NCBI GenBank assembly: GCA_042216335.1
Contig: JBDGTY010000009.1
Location: 1-12,560 of the forward strand
Source of the DNA: Candidatus Nanohalobium sp.
GTDB lineage: Archaea; Nanohalarchaeota; Nanosalinia; Nanosalinales; Nanosalinaceae
DNA length: 12,560 nucleotides
Reading direction: 5' to 3'
Below the pieces are notes generated by a model, which saw only the letters and a list, made by a program, of their open reading frames with translations, searched no databases and was not told the DNA's origin. Of the stretch, positions 7,090-12,560 are shown piece after piece. The position numbers and the translations under genes are program-made. Each line of letters opens with the position of its first letter. Position 1 is the first letter of the stretch.

Positions 7090-7962
7090 ATGGATCGTTG
7101 GAAAGTAATAGGTTTGCTTCTGCTGGCTGTCCTGGCTTCAGGATGCGGTGAGTCTCAGGGTCAGGGCATCGTTGTCAGCGAGTTGAGTGTTGAGCCGTCG
7201 AGCATCCGGGCTGGGAGGCCTGTCTCGGTGAACATGCAGGTTGTCAACGCCGGAATGTTGAAGGGTTCGATAAACGTCGGAGATCCTTCTACCGGGGATG
7301 CCATACTGACGAATCACTGTCCGGATTACTTCAGCGTACAGGATTTCAGCGCTTCTTCGACACGGGACAGCGGAAGCCAGAAGACCTACACTGTCGGCAA
7401 AGGAGAAGTCGCAAGGTTTTTCTGGCGCCTGAACCAGGATAAACCAGATGAAATTCCTCTGCAGGGCTATACATGCAATATGAAGTTCGAGGTACCTTTC
7501 AACTATTCTGTGAGAGCGTACAAGCAGATCCAGGTGAAGAGGAGTCGGAACGTGTCCGGTACTCCGAAGCTTGCTACGGATATCTCTCCCGGACCGCTCT
7601 CAATCGATATGAAGATAATCGGATCGACTGCAGCCCGGAAGAACACTATCATCAGGGGTGACAACGCCTCGCTCTACCTGACGGCGTACAACCAGGAAAA
7701 GGATGAGAGCGCGTACCAGGGACTGATCAACATAAACGATATCAGGATCAACGGCGGCGGAGCAATCAGTGTCGGGGAGAGCTGCGGTAAGAGGGATTCG
7801 GTAACGCTTGTATCCGGGAACCAGGAGATCTACCGGTGTGACATCGATTACAGCGAGTTGACTGCTCCGAGCGTCCGTGGAGAGATAGAGGTGCAGATCG
7901 ACTACACTTTCGTCAAACAGGTAGGAGAGAGAAAGGTGAAGGTGAAGTACGTTGGACAGTAG
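7090..7962 (+). CDS. Lipoprotein 1 (290 aa), two Ig/CARDB-like domains
   Basis: Signal peptide MDRWKVIGLLLLAVLASG-C with a lipobox. CARDB-like start EPSSIRAGRPVSVNMQVVNAG. Four further Cys. True start is ATG 7090 rather than 6736. Confidence 0.88.
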   Translation: MDRWKVIGLLLLAVLASGCGESQGQGIVVSELSVEPSSIRAGRPVSVNMQVVNAGMLKGSINVGDPSTGDAILTNHCPDYFSVQDFSASSTRDSGSQKTYTVGKGEVARFFWRLNQDKPDEIPLQGYTCNMKFEVPFNYSVRAYKQIQVKRSRNVSGTPKLATDISPGPLSIDMKIIGSTAARKNTIIRGDNASLYLTAYNQEKDESAYQGLININDIRINGGGAISVGESCGKRDSVTLVSGNQEIYRCDIDYSELTAPSVRGEIEVQIDYTFVKQVGERKVKVKYVGQ

Positions 7963-8734
7963 ACTCGTAGTGCTGCTGGTGATTACGGTGGCCGCCTCAG
8001 GATGCGGGCAGAAGTCTCAGGGCACCGGAGTGAAGATCCAGAGCCTCTCAGCCTCCGACACCTCCCTGAACCCGGGTCAGGAGTTCAGTGTCGAGGCCCA
8101 GATCGTCAACTATAATCAGGCACCGACCACGGTAAAAGCCGGAAACATCAGGCTTTACAACCTGGGACAGCTGAAGAAGGTCAGCGGCAGCAAGGGCTGC
8201 AACCCGGACAGCATCGGAGCCTCGAAGGAGAACTTCAACCCACGTATGGTGTGCACCTGGGTACTGAAGGCGCCGGGAAAACAGTTCGTCAAGGGTTTCA
8301 AGTCGAAGCCTCTCTCCTTCAAGATGGGTCTGGAGTACAGTAGCACCCTGGAGAACCGGGAACCACTGAAGATCGACTTCCAGAAGATGAGCAAGATAAG
8401 CCAGAGCAACGAGATAAAGAGAACTTTCAGCAACGGTGACATCACGGCCACGGTCACCGCACAGACACCTGTAGCACTGGGCAACCCTCAGAACCTTGAA
8501 ATCAAGGTGAAGAACACGGGCCCCGGTTACGTGGTTGGGAAGTACAGGGTCGATTTCTCACACGAGAACCTTGTGAACTGTCCCTCCAAAGGGAACAGGA
8601 AGCCTATACAGGGCACTGCAAGGCTGAGCTGTACGCTGAACGCGGACTCGGCCGGCAGCCGGAACCTGTTTATCTCCATATCTTATAAATACGAGAAAAC
8701 TCCAAACGTCGACATAAAGGTCGTGAACAACTAA
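7952..8734 (+). CDS. Lipoprotein 2 (260 aa), paralogue of lipoprotein 1; TTG start
   Basis: Signal peptide MDSRLVVLLVITVAASG-C. TTG at 7952 is preceded by SD-like GGTGA (7941-7945) and overlaps the previous gene by 11 nt. Four further Cys. Confidence 0.88.
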   Translation: MDSRLVVLLVITVAASGCGQKSQGTGVKIQSLSASDTSLNPGQEFSVEAQIVNYNQAPTTVKAGNIRLYNLGQLKKVSGSKGCNPDSIGASKENFNPRMVCTWVLKAPGKQFVKGFKSKPLSFKMGLEYSSTLENREPLKIDFQKMSKISQSNEIKRTFSNGDITATVTAQTPVALGNPQNLEIKVKNTGPGYVVGKYRVDFSHENLVNCPSKGNRKPIQGTARLSCTLNADSAGSRNLFISISYKYEKTPNVDIKVVNN

Positions 8735-9768
8735 TGCTAGGAGAAAAAAGACAGGTAATACTGCTTTTCGCCGTCGCAGTCATCGCCTCAGGATGCGGAA
8801 CGACAACAACACAGAACCAGAACACAGGAAGTTCAGTGATCTCTGTCAACACCTTTGAAGCCATTCCAAATCCTGTTCCGGCAGGACAGACCATGACACT
8901 GAACATGGAACTGGAGAACACGGGAGACGCACCTGCGAGACAGGTAGCGGCCAGGGTATTCGGACCGGCATGGCTGAACTCACAGTACAGCAAGGCGGAG
9001 AGAACCGAGACTTTCGGAACACTCAGAGCAAAGTCGGAGAGCAGTCCTTCAGTACCCAAGACCGCGACCTGGAGCTTCAGCAACACGCCAGGCCTCAAGG
9101 AGAACCGGGAGGCGACATACACGATATTCTCAAAGATATTCTACAGCTACGAGACAACCGCCACAGCAGAGTTCAAGCTGGTATCAGGAAGCAGGTACAG
9201 AGAGCAGGGCTACACACAGACCGACGCCTCGGTCGAAAACTCTCAGGCACCGATCCAGCTTGACATCAGAGGCACCACGCCCAAAATCTACTACGACAGC
9301 GACGGAGGAGATGTCACATCCGAGATATGCGTAGTCGTCAACAACGAAGGAGAAGGAACAGCATTCACAGGCGGAGAACAATCGGGAAGAGCCTACGAGA
9401 TGGGGAACGCGAAGAAAGACACCGTCAAACTGACGATCAGCGCAAGAGGAGACATCCAGTTCCAGAGAGCCGATAAAAACGGGAACTTCAGGAACCCATT
9501 GACAGTTCAAAACCTGAAATTGATCAATGGACAGGAAGGCTACCAGTGCTTCACGATGCGGGCAAGCAGCCTCACAAACTCCGAAACCAACGTCAACGTC
9601 AACCTCGAAGCCCAGTACAACTACAAGAAAGAAACGCAGACACAGGTAACAGTAGAAGGCCGCAGAGGAGCATCAAACACAGACACAGAAACTACAGACT
9701 CCTCAGACAGCGGGGACAGTTCAGGCGGCAACAGCGGAGCAGCGGACAGTGCTCCCGGCGTAAATTAA
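8734..9768 (+). CDS. Lipoprotein 3 (344 aa), paralogue with an acidic Ser/Gly-rich C-tail
   Basis: Signal peptide MLGEKRQVILLFAVAVIASG-C. TAATG stop/start overlap. Motifs PNPVPAGQTMTLNMELENTG, FYSYET and QYNYK. Confidence 0.9.
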   Translation: MLGEKRQVILLFAVAVIASGCGTTTTQNQNTGSSVISVNTFEAIPNPVPAGQTMTLNMELENTGDAPARQVAARVFGPAWLNSQYSKAERTETFGTLRAKSESSPSVPKTATWSFSNTPGLKENREATYTIFSKIFYSYETTATAEFKLVSGSRYREQGYTQTDASVENSQAPIQLDIRGTTPKIYYDSDGGDVTSEICVVVNNEGEGTAFTGGEQSGRAYEMGNAKKDTVKLTISARGDIQFQRADKNGNFRNPLTVQNLKLINGQEGYQCFTMRASSLTNSETNVNVNLEAQYNYKKETQTQVTVEGRRGASNTDTETTDSSDSGDSSGGNSGAADSAPGVN

Positions 9769-11574
9769 GTGGGGAGAATGAAGAAGCCTGTCTTTCTTTT
9801 TCTGGTTCTTATTCTCTCAACCGGATTGATTTCAGGAAGCGTGGAAAGAGAGGTAGAGTTAAATCCAGGATGGAATACTATTGGAGTCGATATCGAAGAT
9901 GTAAGTTTCAGTGAAGACATCAGGCCCAAATGTAACTTTGGAGGGTATAATCTCAGGTTGAGTGAGGGAGTAGATGAGGGAGATGTGGCACAGGAAAACA
10001 GGTATTTTGTCTGGAGCCAGGAAGGAGGGGACTGGAGTCATCCCGACCGTTTACAGCCCATGAAAGGATACAGTGTATATCTTGATCAGGAAAAATCATG
10101 CAGTTTCAGTCTGGAAGGCGAAACTTCAGGCATCGAAGAAATAGAACTGGAGAAGGGATGGAACCTCATCAACCTGAATTCGAACGAAGATATGGAGGAC
10201 GTATGGAACCAGTGTGGAGATAAACTGAACTGGTACAACATGGAACTGAAAGGAGAAGACGATCCTGTTATCGACGAATCTTCCAGATATTATTTCTGGA
10301 TTAATAATGGATATAACTGGGAGAATCCAATGAAGAAGGATTACTCGATAGATAAGGCTGATGCAGCCTACGTAAATGCCGAGAGCAGTTGCACGGTGAA
10401 TCTAGGAACATCAGATACCTCGGGTGAAAGTTCTTCTACAGAGGACGTCCAGAGATTTAAGTTGACGAGGAACAGCGATGGGCTTTATTCTATCTCTGGT
10501 AAGAACGGTTATATCGTTCAGAGCCCGGACGGAGCTTTCGGTTTCGGAGATGATGGCAGGAAGAAGATAACGTTGGTGAACAAGCAAAGGAGTAATCCTA
10601 CCGAGGAATACGTAACGCTGGAGAAGCCCAACTTCGATCTGAAAGTTGTTAGAAATCCTCCTATCGCTGAAACAGGTGAAGAAGTCAAGGTAAAGATTAC
10701 CGATTTCTCGGGAGGTAGTTCAACCGACCCTTATAATGGCATCAGAGCCGGGGGTAAAGAGTTCAACAGCGATGGCGATATGGAGACAAGTAGTACCGAT
10801 GAAAGTCCTGGGCCTGAAAAACTCATGGTTAGTTCTTCCGAGGCTGGCCCGGTCAACGTCTATGCGACCTTGACTGACAACACGCCAGGAGACGGAGTTC
10901 AGACCACGAAAAAGACCAGAGTTCATTTCTCAGATGGGTTCTTGAAGGATTACAGGGATGAAACTGTTTCTGGCCGTGCTATCAGCTTCACCAAGAAGCA
11001 GAATGAGATTACAGGAGATTGGACGATCCTACATCAGGAGAAGGGGAGTAAGGATTACCAGATACAGGATTGGAACTCTGACGTATACGATGGTTCTGAC
11101 AGGACTCCGTGGATAGAAAGAAGGCTTTTAGGTGGAAGATACAGAGGGGTTCTAAGTATTAAGGCGAACCACAAGGACAGGGACAGAGTAGTTAACGACA
11201 TCAGAGTTGAGAGGATAAAGGATGTGGGAAAAATCGCCAAGATAATGTTCAGAGTCTTCGCCAATACACAGAGTTCAGATGCGAAACTCTACCTAACTGA
11301 AGGAGACGAATTAAAGAGTGCTCCGTTGCGTGATGGAGTATATAGGCTGATCTACGATGAGGGCATAAGAGGCTACAGCCTTTACCGTTCAAATAGCCTG
11401 AGTTCGAAGGGAAGTAAGGTGAAAAGCTTCAGTAACTTCAATGTAGAGGCTTACGGTTTTGAAGTCGATACCAGTGTCAAAGGAGTTAAGAGAGGTCAAA
11501 ATGAGCTATACCTCGACTGGATAATGACTCAGTCACTGTGCAATAACCGGGACTACCCCGGCAAAACATGTTAA
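9769..11574 (+). CDS. Secreted protein (~600 aa) with two N-terminal 'L..GWN.I' repeats; start GTG 9769 or ATG 9778
   Basis: Sec-type signal MKKPVFLFLVLILSTGLISG. Repeats start at 9853 and 10141, each with two Cys. Two more Cys at the extreme C-terminus. No C-terminal TM. Confidence 0.85.
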   Translation: MGRMKKPVFLFLVLILSTGLISGSVEREVELNPGWNTIGVDIEDVSFSEDIRPKCNFGGYNLRLSEGVDEGDVAQENRYFVWSQEGGDWSHPDRLQPMKGYSVYLDQEKSCSFSLEGETSGIEEIELEKGWNLINLNSNEDMEDVWNQCGDKLNWYNMELKGEDDPVIDESSRYYFWINNGYNWENPMKKDYSIDKADAAYVNAESSCTVNLGTSDTSGESSSTEDVQRFKLTRNSDGLYSISGKNGYIVQSPDGAFGFGDDGRKKITLVNKQRSNPTEEYVTLEKPNFDLKVVRNPPIAETGEEVKVKITDFSGGSSTDPYNGIRAGGKEFNSDGDMETSSTDESPGPEKLMVSSSEAGPVNVYATLTDNTPGDGVQTTKKTRVHFSDGFLKDYRDETVSGRAISFTKKQNEITGDWTILHQEKGSKDYQIQDWNSDVYDGSDRTPWIERRLLGGRYRGVLSIKANHKDRDRVVNDIRVERIKDVGKIAKIMFRVFANTQSSDAKLYLTEGDELKSAPLRDGVYRLIYDEGIRGYSLYRSNSLSSKGSKVKSFSNFNVEAYGFEVDTSVKGVKRGQNELYLDWIMTQSLCNNRDYPGKTC

Positions 11575-11600
11575 AGTGAAGAAAGAGAGGAAAAAGGAAT
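11575..11600 (-). terminator. Pyrimidine/oligo-T tract after the stop codon of the rightmost gene
   Basis: The minus strand reads ATTCCTTTTTCCTCTCTTTCTTCACT directly after TGA, resembling archaeal U-rich terminators. Confidence 0.5.
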
Positions 11601-12560
11601 TCACAATTCCCTGATGAGGATGGCTGCTGTCACGATAGCGGCAACCAGGACTGCGAGTGCTGCTTTGGCTGCGGTGCCTGATGCCTGGATGTTTTCCAGT
11701 GCCTGAGTGAACTGGCCTGTGATTCCGTTGAATGCGTTGGAATCACTCTGAATCGCTTCTTCTATTTTCTTTCCTATGACCAGTTCTACTGTGTGGCTGT
11801 CGGTTGCGTTTTTGCCGACGGCTGTTGCTGTGATCTGGACGTTTCCTTCTTTCTTGAATGGGATTCCTGCGTACATGTAGCTGGTTTCCGTCTGTCCTGG
11901 TGCTACTGTCAGGTTCTTTGGCTTGATGCTGATCCACTGTGGTCCTTCGTAGGCGAGTTCGTAGGTGTTCTCTCTCGTTCCTGTGTTCTTAACGTTGACT
12001 TCGTACACTACTGACCTGTTTTCTCCTGCGCTTGCTACCTCCGGCACTGCGTTGACTGATACGTCCCAGCAGTTCTCTACTGTTACTGTGGCTGTCTTGG
12101 ATTTGACCGGTTCTCCGTAGGTCGATGCCGTGGCGGTTACCTTAACGTTGTAGCTTCCGGTCTTGAGACGTGTCGCGTCGACCAGGACCTCTACTGTCTC
12201 GGATTCCCCTGCGTCGACCTGGACTTCCTTCTGCTGGAGCGTGCCTCTCCCTGTTTTGAGGGCGAATGTCTCGTCTGTCTCCCCTGTGTTTTCGATCACT
12301 GCCTCGACTTCCGCTCTCTCGGTCTCACATGCAGTGACTGATGGGTTCTGGAAGCTGATCTTCATGTTGTTGCCGTTATAGACCTGGAGCTGTGCTGAGG
12401 CCGATGAGCTGCTTCTGCCCTCAGCCTTAATGTTGATCGTTCTTGTTCCAAGTTGCTCTGGCGTTACCTCAAGCGTTACTGTCTTTGATGATTCTCCATC
12501 CACTGTAACCGTGTCGTCGAACTTTCCCAGGTTAGTGGAGAGAGTGAATTCGTCTTCCTT
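11601..12560 (-). CDS. 3' part of a surface protein with tandem Ig-like (CARDB/NPCBM-associated, COG1470-like) repeats and a C-terminal TM anchor; 5' end outside the window
   Basis: The frame is open to the window edge (KEDEFTLSTNLGKFDDTVTVDGES...). Repeats IENTGETDETFAL...VDAGESETV and VKNTGTRENTYEL...VAPGQTET. C-terminal ALAVLVAAIVTAAILIREL. Confidence 0.88.
   Translation of the reverse strand, partial: KEDEFTLSTNLGKFDDTVTVDGESSKTVTLEVTPEQLGTRTINIKAEGRSSSSASAQLQVYNGNNMKISFQNPSVTACETERAEVEAVIENTGETDETFALKTGRGTLQQKEVQVDAGESETVEVLVDATRLKTGSYNVKVTATASTYGEPVKSKTATVTVENCWDVSVNAVPEVASAGENRSVVYEVNVKNTGTRENTYELAYEGPQWISIKPKNLTVAPGQTETSYMYAGIPFKKEGNVQITATAVGKNATDSHTVELVIGKKIEEAIQSDSNAFNGITGQFTQALENIQASGTAAKAALAVLVAAIVTAAILIREL

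Noticed and set aside
447-12381. Short alternative-frame and antisense ORFs in the track (e.g. 447-785, 1997-2410, 3110-3571, 5746-6189, 8670-9122, 9546-9914)
   Set aside because: They lie within or across better-supported genes and show no recognisable motifs. Skewed codon usage readily produces stop-poor shadow frames.
12501-12503. GTG at 12503 as the start of the last gene
   Set aside because: The frame stays open to the window edge and continues the Ig-like repeat. No signal peptide follows this codon.

Overview
Archaeal chromosomal segment, most likely from a small halophilic DPANN genome such as Nanohaloarchaeota. This is an inference from the acidic pelota, an intron-bearing tRNA, abutting genes and TATA boxes about 25 nt upstream of start codons. 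Left to right it holds: tRNA-Ser(UGA) with a 120-nt four-hairpin intron at 37/38, a small membrane protein, a membrane-anchored HtrA protease, pelota, and a ~9.6 kb block of cell-surface genes. That block contains a membrane-anchored beta-repeat protein, a 786-aa membrane protein with a Cys-containing ectodomain, a DUF5658/DUF63-like membrane protein, three tandem paralogous ASGC-lipobox lipoproteins, a secreted protein with two GWN repeats, and the 3' part of an Ig/CARDB-like repeat protein. The most notable signals are: (1) the lipoproteins and the 786-aa ectodomain share one two-domain motif pattern, suggesting an uncharacterised surface apparatus with a candidate processing enzyme beside it; (2) the highly structured tRNA intron; (3) sharp inversions of third-codon-position skew around compositionally distinct segments. 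No integrase, transposase or CRISPR array was seen.
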